Source of the DNA: Trypanosoma brucei
Lineage: Eukaryota
DNA length: 64,000 bases
Assembly: GCA_000002445.1 (NCBI GenBank)
Contig: CP000067.1
Location: 640,001 to 704,000 of the forward strand
Direction: 5' to 3'
The notes below the pieces were generated by a model. That model was not told the origin of the DNA and did no database searches. It saw only the letters and a program-made list of their open reading frames with translations. Below, piece after piece: positions 41,468 to 53,106 of the stretch (positions are counted from its first letter, which is position 1; every line of letters starts with the position of its first letter). Made by a program: the position numbers and the translations under genes.

Positions 41468-43264
41468 ATGAGGGCGGAGCCGAATCCGAGCGTCGGGGAG
41501 CATGACCCACGTGAAAGCGTCTCGTTATCAGACCGGTCAGGGAACATTATGACCGATTGCTGCGCCTCGCTCTTGGACACAGAATGGCCAAACATACTAG
41601 GTGAACGGTGCTTCACTCCATCTGATGAGGAAGTATTATCGAGTGCAACACGGGAGCAACGCATTGAGAGAGGCATTGAGGCACCCTCTTTTGAGTCCCT
41701 ACTACAAGAAATTATGAAGTGTTACCGAGCATTCTGTAACTGCTCAGGGACGGTACATTTTAAACACTTGGAATTTGAGCGTTTTTTGCGGCGCTGTTTA
41801 TTCGCAGCACACGAAACTAATGGATTAAGTGTTTCCTCACCTTTGGAGGGCACTACTTGCAAGCCTTTTTGGTTGCATTACCCTCCGTCATATTTTCTCA
41901 TGGCACATGATGTCGTTCAGAGCGTAGAGTGCGGCACCCCCCATTCTTCCAACGACGACTCAAAAACATCAAGCGCAACAACGGCAACACTGCACCGAAC
42001 ACCATCCGAAGACTTGAGTTTCACCGGTGACAGTGAAAATGAAGCCAAACGGCGAGAGCACCTTCGCCAACTGTATATTCTCTCTGTGCAACCCGTAGTA
42101 CCCCGCACCATACGGAAAAAGCTAGCACAATGCGCGAAGCGGGAGAGTGCTGCCTCTCCGGGAGCTCTAGCTGAAGCAGTGCGGTACATGTTGGATGTAT
42201 ATTTCTTTTTCATACGCATGCAGTTTCTCCCTCCCTTCAACCGGCCGACGGGTTCTATGTACTCGACGTGCGTCCAGTTCATGACACGTGTCCGTGGGCG
42301 TCTGTTAACGCCGGAGGTTGCCGTCCGGTTCACTGAGGTCGCATTAGTCCTGATACTGCTTTCTGTCAAGCACCAGTCTGCTACCCGGTGCGCTTTAGAT
42401 GAGACCACCGACAGCGCGGTGTCATCCCGACTGGAACTTCAGTTTTTGTTCAGCACATACTTTCCGGCATTAGTTGTCGCATTTCTTAGCGCCTCGCCGC
42501 TTCAGTCTATGGAGGAATTGCGGCACTCCCTTACTCGAACTGACTTGGCAGAGTGTCTGCCAACGTTGCAAACCTGTCGGAAGGGGGCGGAGCTCGTTAG
42601 AGAGTTGTTTGACTTCTCGCAAGGGGCCGCTCCGCTGTGGAGTGTTACGCTCAGCGAAGTGGTGGCTTTTGCCACGCAACATTTGCAGCAGAAAGACAAA
42701 GGCAATGAAGATGGTAACAGCCATGCCTGCATCACTTCCGTCCTGGGGGTGCCTTCGTCAGTGGATGACTGCTTGTTTGTTTGCGATGACACAACACTGG
42801 ACTGCCTGTTGCGTTCCGCACCCAAGAGTGTACAAAAGACTGAAGAAGCGGGACATGAGCGGCTAAGAAAAGAAATAAATCAGACATTCCACCGAAACCA
42901 AACTGGCATGAGCCCGGAATCGGATGAATTCCACCGTAAGGCAATGCGGGTGACCTCCTCGTCGCCGAGTGGTCCGTACAACACACTTTACTTTTCCCTA
43001 CACACACTCGCCAACATGGAGAGCCTCAGTCCCACGGCCTTATCCCTTCTGCTCACAGCAATTGAGAAATGTTTGGGACCTAAAGGTGATCTCCAGCCCC
43101 TTTGCACCTTTGCCTCGTCTGAAGTTTGTACATCCCTTCCGGTAATTGCAGCAGAGTTGCTGCGGGTGGTTGTGAGTGTGCTTGAAGCGGAGAGATCAAT
43201 GAAATTCATGGAGGTAATAAATGAAGTTAGGGATTTGGTTTATCGCGGCAGGGAAAGCTTATGA
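41468..43264 (+). CDS. Hypothetical protein of 598 aa.
   Basis: A 1.8 kb + strand ORF with non-repetitive composition in the same transcriptional orientation. I recognised no motif. Confidence 0.5.
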   Translation: MRAEPNPSVGEHDPRESVSLSDRSGNIMTDCCASLLDTEWPNILGERCFTPSDEEVLSSATREQRIERGIEAPSFESLLQEIMKCYRAFCNCSGTVHFKHLEFERFLRRCLFAAHETNGLSVSSPLEGTTCKPFWLHYPPSYFLMAHDVVQSVECGTPHSSNDDSKTSSATTATLHRTPSEDLSFTGDSENEAKRREHLRQLYILSVQPVVPRTIRKKLAQCAKRESAASPGALAEAVRYMLDVYFFFIRMQFLPPFNRPTGSMYSTCVQFMTRVRGRLLTPEVAVRFTEVALVLILLSVKHQSATRCALDETTDSAVSSRLELQFLFSTYFPALVVAFLSASPLQSMEELRHSLTRTDLAECLPTLQTCRKGAELVRELFDFSQGAAPLWSVTLSEVVAFATQHLQQKDKGNEDGNSHACITSVLGVPSSVDDCLFVCDDTTLDCLLRSAPKSVQKTEEAGHERLRKEINQTFHRNQTGMSPESDEFHRKAMRVTSSSPSGPYNTLYFSLHTLANMESLSPTALSLLLTAIEKCLGPKGDLQPLCTFASSEVCTSLPVIAAELLRVVVSVLEAERSMKFMEVINEVRDLVYRGRESL

Positions 43265-43301
43265 GGGGTTGGTGAGGCGGAAGATGAGGAAATGGAGTGG
43301 T

Positions 43302-43335
43302 CCCCCTCCCCCCCCCCCCACACACACACACACAT
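43302..43335. repeat. Poly(C) tract followed by (CA)8.
   Basis: Direct read: cccccctcccccccccccc acacacacacacaca. Confidence 0.9.
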
Positions 43336-44763
43336 TTGAATCAATCAGTGTTGATTCGCGTATTTGAATGTATGTCAGCTTAAATATTAGTGATTTCACA
43401 CACTAGAAAGGGATAGACAGGCACCAAACTCAAAAAAAAAAATAGTGAGCGAGCTGGGGTGGAACGAGTGCAAACTCGGAGGAAAGAGAAGATAGAGAGA
43501 GGAACGGATAAAGATATGCATTATTTAGTGTGACACCATGGATAATAATGTCAAGAGGTACCAAGAAGAAGGCGAAAGAAAATGGAATAAATAGGAAAGA
43601 TGATAATTCACTGAAGCAATGGAAGGAATAAATAAATGTCGAGCAAGAAGGAAATGGCATTGGAATAGGAAGGTGGGGAAAGGCAAAAAATGGCGTTGAT
43701 GAGCTGTCAGAGTAAGTGGCAATGATAAAAGGATGTGAGAACAAATGATGGGTGTGCAGGTGATATATATATATATATGGATGATGGGAAGGAGAGAAGA
43801 ATAAGGAGAGAAATAGTAATATTTGTTGTCACAATGAGTATGGCGTCGGTCGTTACAAATCACCGTTGATTTGCCTATGCCATTTTCTTGTTGTTGTTGG
43901 TTTGGCATTGGTTATTTTTAGACTTTTTTTTCTAGTTTTTCTATATCCTAACGGTCGGCTCTGCGTTTGAATTCGTTTGATTGTTGCAGCTTTTGGTTCG
44001 TTCCCTCTTTCAGGTGATTTTTTTTTTCGTTTTTCCTCTTCACATGTCGGGTGGTACCATTTGTTTTTGTGTCAACGTTTCTTCATTCACTAGGGCGTGC
44101 GCCTAAAAGGATGCTGGAGTGAGTGGGGGAAAAAACCTGGATAAAAGGTGTTGATACCGCGTATGTCCATATATATTTATTTGTATACATATATGTGTGT
44201 ATGTAGCCGAAAAATGCGTGTTGTACTCATATCACTTTATTAATAGTAATAACGATAATGATGAAGGGTTCTCCACCACTCTTCATAAGAAATTCTTGCT
44301 AACATTATTATTAGTATTAGTATTATTGTTGTTATTATTGTTGTTGTAGTTGTTATTGGTCTCTCTTTTGATTTCGTTTTTTATCTTCTTTTTTTTTCCG
44401 GTTCATCTCATGACCCCACGAGGTTATCGAAAAAAAAAAAAGAGTGTTTTTCGATCTGCCCCACAATTTTTTTTCCCCCATCCCTTTTACCCATTAGCAC
44501 TACTCATCCGAGCAGATCGTCTGATTGTTTCTTTTGTTTTTTTTCTCTTTTATTACTTCCAAGTGGACCTCACCTGATGTCAAGTCCGGACAGAAAACAA
44601 ACACTTTCTGCTTACCGATTTGTTCTCTGGCCGGACGTGGCGTTGGTACCGTTTTTTTTTTCTTTTCTTTTCTCTCTTTTCTTTTTTCTTTCCTCTTTTT
44701 TGTTTCGGTCGTTCATCTTCACATTCTTATTTCCAAGGAATATTTCCGATCTTCATCCATTTT

Positions 44764-44791
44764 TGTTGTTGTTGTTGTTGTTGTCGTTGTT
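44764..44791. repeat. (GTT)9 microsatellite inside a 3.8 kb T-rich intergenic region.
   Basis: Direct read: tgttgttgttgttgttgttgtcgttgtt. Further (ATT/GTT)n runs are at 44296-44360 and 46865-46890. Confidence 0.9.
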
Positions 44792-47073
44792 TTGATATTT
44801 TTGTTTTTTTATCCTTCGATATTATACGCATGTATTATTTCTTCAGATTTGGTTGCATAATGGAGGACGGTAGTGGTGATTATGGTAATATCAGTAGATT
44901 TCCGAGATGAGTGGCGAAAAGAAAAACACAAAGAAAAAAATAAATGAAAAATAATTAGAAAATAAAACAAGGAACACACACATACATATATATATATATA
45001 TATTTATTTATTTATTTATATATATACATAAACACGGGAAAAAACAAAAGAAGACAACTCGGCACTGCGTTTAAACGAACATATACATGCGGCAGTTACG
45101 TGTGGACGCGTTGCTCTGTACACACTTACGCTGACGCCATGAGACCTTTTTGAGTGTGCCACTAAAAATGCAACCTTCCTTCTTGCGTTCTCTTTTTTTT
45201 TTTTTTCCCCCCCTTTCCTCCTCCCCATTTCATGATTGACACTCCAAATGTATTGGTTTCGGTATAACTTGAGTAGGAAAAAGAAGGAAAAAGAAAAAAA
45301 AGATATAAATGCATATACATGTTTATTTGTATATTTGTACACATATGTACGCCCGTCGTATTGTGACTAGGAAATGGAGAGGAAGAAAGGAAGGGGATAA
45401 AAATGCAACAGGCGATCAATAAAAGAAGATGATGGGTTTCATCACTATTTGTATAGTTAAATTATAGATAACATGTATGGTGAGGTTATTTAAAAGATCC
45501 CACCATTCTTCACATCCGGTGCTACCGTACACAGTTTTTCACCAAGCGGTGATTCGTCCCTTTTCTTCTTCTTCTTCTCATTACTACTACTAATGTTAAT
45601 GTTATTATTCACTTTCTATTTATGTTTCTCTCCTATAGTTCGTTTCAACCACTGACACAAACGTTATCTTTTCCCTCTCGTTCTCTCTTTCTCTCTTTCC
45701 CTCTTCTTTTTTTATGCTTTGTCCTTGTTTTCTTCTTAAATATCAAAGCGTTTAGTACCCAACTGGGCTCACGCGTTATAATGAGGGTGATAAATAAGGA
45801 CGGGTTACATGTTTTTATTTATTTATATAATCAAAAATTATGTGCAGCGTGAGAAAGAAAGAAAAAAAGAAAAGAAAGTGACTTTAAAAGTTCAAAAACT
45901 ATACGTATATACACACATTTATTTATGTATTGTATGCGTATGTAAAAGGGAGGGACATGGAAATTACTAGAATTGAAGGAATGTCAGAGCAATAGTAATT
46001 TAAAGAGTGTAGTTAGAGAGCCTACGGTTGCCATTATGGTCATTTTTTACCGAAGGGTTACGAAATGTTTAAATGCATATAAATGTGTGTGTTTGTATGT
46101 GTTGTGCTATTCGTCTGATTAGCTGAAAGAAAGCATGTGGGCGTGCGCGTTATGTGAGTGACATTATACTCTGCCACAAGACTGCGTATGTGAAGTTGTG
46201 TTTCATTAGGCCTACATCCAACTTTAAAAAAAAAAAATGTGTTGCCTTATTTTATACACCACGTCGATGCATTCTCTTCCTGATTATTACCTTTCTTTTC
46301 TGTTTCGGTGCACGCCTTTCTTTTCCACACTTGCGTTGCGCTGCTACGAAGGATTGTTTTATTAGGATTAGATGATAGTGGAACCCATATGACACATAAT
46401 TAAGGGATAACAAAGAATGAAATTTGCAGGGTTTGAGTGAAAATGTATCTCACGCCATGTGGAGAAGGATATGCTCCTTCATAAATGGCACAATGTGCTT
46501 AACATATCAACTGTGCATGGGGGAGGTGATGATAAGAAATAACAATTTTTTTTTTAAAAAAAAAGAAAGCGAAGAAGGAATACCGACTTGAAGTCGTTTG
46601 TTTTGCATGATGCTGAAGGCTTGCCACCGTGTGTTCCGTTGCTGTGGTTGTTTTGCTTTTGGTTCACAGCCTTCACCACGTTCCGGTGGTTACTGCGTTA
46701 GCTCCAATGGGGTTTGGTATTATTATTTTTTTTTCTCTGTGAATTATTTGTGAGGTTGTTTTTTTTTTGGGGGGGGTGGTGAAGAGGGCGGTGGGGAGAT
46801 GGGGCCCTTTGGTTGTTTTCCCTCACCTCTTTTTCCATTTTACTTTTATCAGTTTCCTTTGCATCATGTTGTTGTTGTTGTTGTCGTTGGCTCATACGAG
46901 CACCAACCAAAGACATTACACGCACGCTTACGTATAGGGATGATCATTGCACTTTGTTGCTGCCGCTCTCTTCAAGTTGATTTTTCTTCGTTTGTTTCCC
47001 ATTTTTTTTTTCTGTCAAAAAAAAAAAAAATAGTGTAACGCACGATCATCCGACAATCAAGCGGACGTCAGAT

Positions 47074-50000
47074 ATGCACAGCGTCAATCCCTACCTTTCA
47101 GCGATGTCGTTTAAAAGCACGGACTCCAGATTTGAGGTAACTTTACCGCCGTCTCACTGCGAAGCGCTTCAGGGTATAAACAGGCAAGAAAAACCCAAAA
47201 CCACTACTGTACCCCAGACGAACCATCCGCTACCACTCAGTGATTATGCGCAACCCATTGTCCGTAAAGCCGGCTTGGTTAAAGCGTCAACAAGTAGTGT
47301 TGTTTCCCAATTCCGTGCTGAGGGTAGTGTTATGGAGCCGGTACATGCTCTCCACACTTGTATTCGTCATTTCCTTTCACATCCCGAGGTGTACGGCAGC
47401 GATGTACGTGCTATGCTAGATCGAGAACTAATGTACGTTATGCGTGTGAAAGCGTCGGAAAGCGCCCTGCTGACATCCACCACCGTCCCTGTTTCCAGCG
47501 TATCACTCCCTTCCATTGCCAACACGGTGCCGGAGAATAACAAAGTCGGTACTTCTTTCCTCGGTAAATGTTCCAATTGGGTGGTCACGCCACGCTCCGT
47601 AGATGCGGCGGTAAACTTGGATGCGGCGTTTGGCCCCAACGGCATGTTTGGGCTCGGGAGCGCGAAGCTGGTTGATGGATCCACAGGACTATTTTCACTA
47701 CTTGAACGAAATAGAAATCTCCTGACAATTCAGGAGCGGCAGCTGCCAATGGAAGATGGCGAAGAGAAGGGTTCGCCCTCGACTATGAGTCCCTTGAATG
47801 ATTGGGAAGAAAAGAGTGTAAAAACCGATGGCGGACGTTATCGCGAAAAGTCTCGAGTGCATTTTTCCGTCAATACGCAGTCAGGACCGGATGTGTCCAG
47901 TGAATATGGAGCAAAGTTGCTCATTGATGGTGCAGGATACGAAATATCATTTCTCAGAAGTCAACTTCACCAAGTCGAGGCGGCGTACAACGCAAAGTGT
48001 ATTCGCCTTCATGAGCTACAGCAGGAAAGTAATCGGTTCGCGACTGAGCTAGAGAGTTTGGAAGAGAGAAATCGTCAACAAAATGCAAAGATTAATGAGC
48101 TGAGTCAACAGGTTGATGGTCTAACACGCGAGGCGGAGCGGTGGAAACGCCGTGCTAATGAAATTAACATTAATGAAAAGGCTCACGGCGGGCGGGGTCC
48201 AACAGATCAAACACGCCGAATGCAGGCATCGCAGTACGTAGAGCTCAAGAGGGAGTATACGCACATGTCGCAGCTCTGGAGAGAAACGGAGAAGTCGTTG
48301 CAGGAGACAAGGCGTTCTTTGGAGAGTGCAGAGAAGGAAAATCGTGTCTCACACCGCTACCTGACGGATGCCTTTTCCTTCATTGAGAGGCTGGAGCGTC
48401 GAATCAAGCGGCGCGACGACTTCATCGAGAAACTAAAGCTTCGACAAGACTCCATGGAAGAGCGGTACGAAAAGATTTTGTGGTGCTTGAATGAGTTGCA
48501 AACCCTTAGGGGTCAGCACTCCTACGTAGACTATCTTCTCTCCGAGAATAACGTGTGGTCCATGTTTCTTTTCTCACGTCTTCAATGCCGCTTGGCGAGT
48601 GTGGGTCACGTTGACGAGGTGGCATACGATACAAGTATCCCCCTCTATTTCCGACGCACGGCAGCAGGAGGGAAGTTGGCCGATGCTTACAGCCCACAGC
48701 TTGTGTACAGATTGATAACAGAACACGTTCAGGGAAAGCGAAGGGGCCTACCGGTGGCCAATGATACTTTCCCCTTCGCAGTACCATGCTGGAGGGGGAT
48801 GCATTCTATTAGCTACTTTTCTGCTACCGGCGGCAACCGGACTCCCAACACAAGCATTATGCTCTCTGGGGAGCTAACTCATGATCGACCGCGGCGCAGT
48901 CTACCGCTCCTGACGCTCGCAACTGTGCTGCTGCCACCGCAGAATGGCGCAGCACCCGGGGAAGTGATTGTCGATGAAGATATACCCAACAGTGGACAGT
49001 ACGACCAACTCACTCTCCGCTACCTTATATATTGCTTCTGGGGAGAGCGTTTGACGCAGTACAAGCGGGAAACGGAGCGTCGGCGTGAAGAATACATAGC
49101 TGCAAGGGAAAAGGCGGCTGCACTTGATATTTCAGTTGACGTGGACATAGAGAGTGGGGCAAATGACATGGATGAAAGCATTAAATTTCCCACTTTCTTG
49201 GCTGCTCTTGTTGAATACGTGCGCCGCCTTTGCCCCTATAAGGCTCCGAAAGGGGAAGAGGAGAGTGCGCCCAAGCTTGTGGGTCCCGTCTTTGTTCGTG
49301 GTGTGGTGCTCAACCTCGAGGGAGCGCCTGCCAACCCACGCATGTGCCTTCCCTTCATCTTTCAAAAAGAAGAAAACGGGTCGGAGACGCCAGTTCCACT
49401 TTCCCCTCAGGCCCGTGAGCTGCTCTTCGCACTTTACTACTACGCGGAGGAATACAAGGATGTGGACTCGGACTTCCGCCTCTTCCACCTGGTTGCACAT
49501 CAGCAGTTACCTGAGTTGGTTGCCATCAACTTCTACGCCAGCATGGAGGCCATGCGCACCGAATGCGATAACGTTATTTGCGAGAGCCTCAGGGGGACCC
49601 GGAACGCACCCGAAGACAAAACGTGCGACGGTGCTGAACAGCAATGCCCGGACGAAGCTACAACGGAATTACTTTTCACTGATTCGCCAGCGGAGACACT
49701 GCGCAAGGTGGCAGTGATGGTCGACGAGGCCCCTCTAGCTGAGGAAGACACTTGCATGGAGGCTGATAGTGATGGAGAAGGGTATGGTGTTATACTTCCG
49801 GGAGCCGTAGGGGAAAATGAGGGGAACAAGGAGAAGCAAGAGGCCGGGCAGGAGCCGACCCCTTGCTACTTGACGAAGTTGAAACATGACATCCTGGCTT
49901 GTCTCAACAGGAATACCGAAAAACCTGAGGCCAGTGCCACCAATACTTCTGTACGGTCACCTAAGGCCGACGATACCACCGAAACATCAGACGCACTCTC

Positions 50001-51960
50001 CGTCCCGAAACAGTGGAAGCGCATCGACGAAAAGTTGCAGCACATGCTGGCTCCATTTTCGTCCCTTTTGCATGCATTTAAGAAATACAAGGAGCGAAGG
50101 TCTCTCGGCGGGCGGCGTTGCGACAGACATAAGGCGAGATGTCGTTTAGATATGCTTCCCGGTTCCCGGTCACTGATTGCCATTGAGACGTTTATTGCAA
50201 TACTGCATAAGCATTGCTTTGCCACATACGCCCTCTCCTGTTCCGGAAGTGTCCGCTCCTCGCTTCTTGACGCTGCAATGAAGGGTGGCCATGGTGGGAA
50301 TGACGCAAATGATGTGGGCCCCTTCACACGTGTTGGCCAATTGCCGCCCATGAACAAGCACATCCGCCGCCTGCGGTTTGCCATTGCAATGGATCAGCCC
50401 TCCTCTCTTTTGCGATACACCGACCTCTTCACTGTGGATTCGCGGTTTGGTACGCCATCTCACTTCCATAACGAATACCTTAGATTAACCATCGATACGT
50501 ACCTTGAGCAACAAGAGGCATACATGAATATCATCCTTGGTTCATGTGTGGTTCGTGATGGACGCACCATTCCCACTCCAGTGGTGGATTCGGATGGCAT
50601 CTTGCCATTCCCGGCGCTTCGGGCGGGTTTTGAAGCCGTTCTTCGGAAGTTGTCTTTCGCTCCCAAAGAAAGCAACATAGTGGCCAAACATTTCCTTAAC
50701 TACTGTGACTTGCTGCGACATGAGGATGATATCCGGCAGGAACAATACGTTGATGCACCGCTAGTAATATGCGCAGAGGTGGTATCTAAAAAAGATTTTG
50801 CGAGAGAATCTGCATTACTGAGAGAGCACAGTTGGTCTGTGGAGGATGAGGCAGCCTCCTGTTCACTTTTGCATCTCTCGTTTGCCGCACGAATGATGTA
50901 TATTGTTTGGGGATTGAATTCCTCTTCGAAAGGGCGGTTAGCGATCTCAATGCTTCCAGGAGCTGCCCGTAGTTTTGTGAACGCAGGTTGTACGATTGGC
51001 GGGCAGTTGGTGCCTTCAGAGAGCTCCGACTCCGCAGAAGGGTTATGCCCACTTCGAGAGGACCTTGAGCCCCTCTTTAGGTTTGAAGTGGAGGAAGAGT
51101 GCCGTGATGCGCTAAACCGCGCTAAAGTTGGGTACGGGCGACGCAATGAATTGCGGCAGCTGCTGATGGAAACAGAAGATGTACCGACAACGAAGGCAAC
51201 GGAGTCATCAGCGGCAATCACCGACGTGCGAGAGGTCGAGGGAATGGATCCGTGGGAGTTGCTGGTAGATATTGGTTGCTTTTGTCCCCTTTTTGGTGCT
51301 AGATTGCGTCCGGGAACACATTCATTGCACGGGGAAGCCACGTCCGTGTGTTCTAGGAAGACTAGAACTTCCAAGCGCGTTTCTCCGAGGCCATCGTCAT
51401 GTGACACCGATGCCCCAGCGGGAGCCATTCATTTGTCAGGTGGCGCCTCGCTTTTACGGTTTTTCGGTGCCCGGCGGGCTGCGAAAACGAAAGGCGATAA
51501 GCGGAAGTCAAAGAATCGCAGGAACTCTCAAGAATTACCGGGAGCAGTGTTCGCGCAAGTACTGCGTTCTGAGGTCGCGCCTGTTCACTACCAAAGTATA
51601 TTAGAAAACCTTGCTGCTGTGAGCTCTGAGGCAAACGCCTCCGTTAAGTGTGTTGTTGACCTTGCGAATGCCACAAGTCTCCTTCGTAATCCCCATGTTT
51701 CGTCGCCCCACTCCGCATCGTTACAGCAGCAGACGGAGGTAAGCAATTCTACGATCCCCGAATCGCCGGCCTCACGGCGCTCAAGGGCGGCAAAGGGCCG
51801 AGATGGTCACGCATCATTTTTGGATGGCAGCGAGCAGCGGGCCTACAGCCCACTCGCCATGTCATCTTCAGACAAAAGCGAGCTGGAAGGCGGGGATCTG
51901 GCACCCTCGTCGTTGGCGAGACAACTCCACGTTGCCTCCGCAGTACTCAGTTTATTGTAA
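47074..51960 (+). CDS. Large hypothetical protein of 1628 aa with an N-proximal coiled-coil region.
   Basis: A 4.9 kb ORF. The coiled-coil segment is roughly residues 290-470 (LRSQLHQVEAAYNAKCIRLHELQQESNRFATELESLEERNRQQNAKINELSQQVDGLTREAERWKRRANE...). The rest is complex, non-repetitive sequence. Confidence 0.6.
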   Translation: MHSVNPYLSAMSFKSTDSRFEVTLPPSHCEALQGINRQEKPKTTTVPQTNHPLPLSDYAQPIVRKAGLVKASTSSVVSQFRAEGSVMEPVHALHTCIRHFLSHPEVYGSDVRAMLDRELMYVMRVKASESALLTSTTVPVSSVSLPSIANTVPENNKVGTSFLGKCSNWVVTPRSVDAAVNLDAAFGPNGMFGLGSAKLVDGSTGLFSLLERNRNLLTIQERQLPMEDGEEKGSPSTMSPLNDWEEKSVKTDGGRYREKSRVHFSVNTQSGPDVSSEYGAKLLIDGAGYEISFLRSQLHQVEAAYNAKCIRLHELQQESNRFATELESLEERNRQQNAKINELSQQVDGLTREAERWKRRANEININEKAHGGRGPTDQTRRMQASQYVELKREYTHMSQLWRETEKSLQETRRSLESAEKENRVSHRYLTDAFSFIERLERRIKRRDDFIEKLKLRQDSMEERYEKILWCLNELQTLRGQHSYVDYLLSENNVWSMFLFSRLQCRLASVGHVDEVAYDTSIPLYFRRTAAGGKLADAYSPQLVYRLITEHVQGKRRGLPVANDTFPFAVPCWRGMHSISYFSATGGNRTPNTSIMLSGELTHDRPRRSLPLLTLATVLLPPQNGAAPGEVIVDEDIPNSGQYDQLTLRYLIYCFWGERLTQYKRETERRREEYIAAREKAAALDISVDVDIESGANDMDESIKFPTFLAALVEYVRRLCPYKAPKGEEESAPKLVGPVFVRGVVLNLEGAPANPRMCLPFIFQKEENGSETPVPLSPQARELLFALYYYAEEYKDVDSDFRLFHLVAHQQLPELVAINFYASMEAMRTECDNVICESLRGTRNAPEDKTCDGAEQQCPDEATTELLFTDSPAETLRKVAVMVDEAPLAEEDTCMEADSDGEGYGVILPGAVGENEGNKEKQEAGQEPTPCYLTKLKHDILACLNRNTEKPEASATNTSVRSPKADDTTETSDALSVPKQWKRIDEKLQHMLAPFSSLLHAFKKYKERRSLGGRRCDRHKARCRLDMLPGSRSLIAIETFIAILHKHCFATYALSCSGSVRSSLLDAAMKGGHGGNDANDVGPFTRVGQLPPMNKHIRRLRFAIAMDQPSSLLRYTDLFTVDSRFGTPSHFHNEYLRLTIDTYLEQQEAYMNIILGSCVVRDGRTIPTPVVDSDGILPFPALRAGFEAVLRKLSFAPKESNIVAKHFLNYCDLLRHEDDIRQEQYVDAPLVICAEVVSKKDFARESALLREHSWSVEDEAASCSLLHLSFAARMMYIVWGLNSSSKGRLAISMLPGAARSFVNAGCTIGGQLVPSESSDSAEGLCPLREDLEPLFRFEVEEECRDALNRAKVGYGRRNELRQLLMETEDVPTTKATESSAAITDVREVEGMDPWELLVDIGCFCPLFGARLRPGTHSLHGEATSVCSRKTRTSKRVSPRPSSCDTDAPAGAIHLSGGASLLRFFGARRAAKTKGDKRKSKNRRNSQELPGAVFAQVLRSEVAPVHYQSILENLAAVSSEANASVKCVVDLANATSLLRNPHVSSPHSASLQQQTEVSNSTIPESPASRRSRAAKGRDGHASFLDGSEQRAYSPLAMSSSDKSELEGGDLAPSSLARQLHVASAVLSLL

Positions 51961-53106
51961 GAGAAAGCTCTTACGAGAAAGAGAGGAAAGGATGGGAGGA
52001 GAGCGGGAAAAGAAAAAAAGGGGGAAAATGCAGAACAAACAAATACGACAAGCGGTTGGGATGAGGAAGCGAGGAGGTTGTAGAGGAAACTACGAGTTGA
52101 CGTAAAGAAGGAAGACTGAGCACTTTGGGAGGGGAAGGATAGAACTCTAACTCATTGTTGGGTGCTCCCACCGGTGATAGTGGACGGTGACGGCATGTAA
52201 ATGTGTTTTACACATGTCTCTCTTGTGTGTTTTTGTGATAGTTTTGAATTGTATGATGTCATCCCAAGGAGCGAAACTCGTCACCTTCGACCCCTAACCC
52301 ACACACGCGCGCACGTACTTCTCTTCCTCAATGTTTTTTATAGACATCTGATGCGCCGCATGGCTTCAGAAGGCGTTTTTTTTTTTTTTCCGAATAGCTC
52401 TCAGTCACTTGATGTAAATTTGTATACTCTTCACCTTTGGTATTACGGTCATTTACAGTTGTTTGCGGTCGGTTACACACCACGGCAGGTGGGCAGATTT
52501 CCCCCCTTCCCCGACCTTCGGCTTTATTCTTTGATCATTTTGAATATTTATTGTGTTTGGCAATACTGCGGACTTCAAGGCCACATCGGTCCCCGTGGGT
52601 GTCAAGTCCCACATGTGTCTACACCTGACCAGAGCGATATGGCTAGCAACTTTCAACCGTATTGACCTTTTTTTTTCCTCAGTTTTGCATCTTACGGGTT
52701 TAAAGGCGTTGTACAGTTTTCGGGTCGATCGGCTGTTGACATGTCGCCAGCCCACGGAGGCGAAGGGGGGGAATGACCGCGTTGAGATGAATCTTTTTCT
52801 CACTTTTTTTTCTTTTTTGAATGGTGCCTTTGGAAGTTGAAACGAGCATCGCAGGTCAGCGGATTGAGGCAAATGTTAGATCAGTACAACATTTTCCCGG
52901 AGCACATGCTGCTGTCCATTCTTGGGCCTTATTCCTGTCACCTTGAAAATTAAAAAAAGGTGATAAAGGAAAGAAGGCAGTCGGACAAAGGGGGAAAATT
53001 TGTGTTTACACCTGATCGGACCACTTTTCTTTCTTTTTCTTTTGATCCATCAGTTTAGCTGACTGGATAGCTGATTGACCCTGGGATTTTTGGTCCTGGG
53101 AAGACG

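Noticed and set aside
44525-44860. Overlapping + strand ORFs (44350-44577, 44525-44860, 44577-44795, 44620-44910) that encode poly-Phe/Leu/Val peptides.
   Set aside because: They derive from T-rich and (GTT)n low-complexity sequence in the 3.8 kb intergenic region. All frames are open simply because stop codons are depleted.
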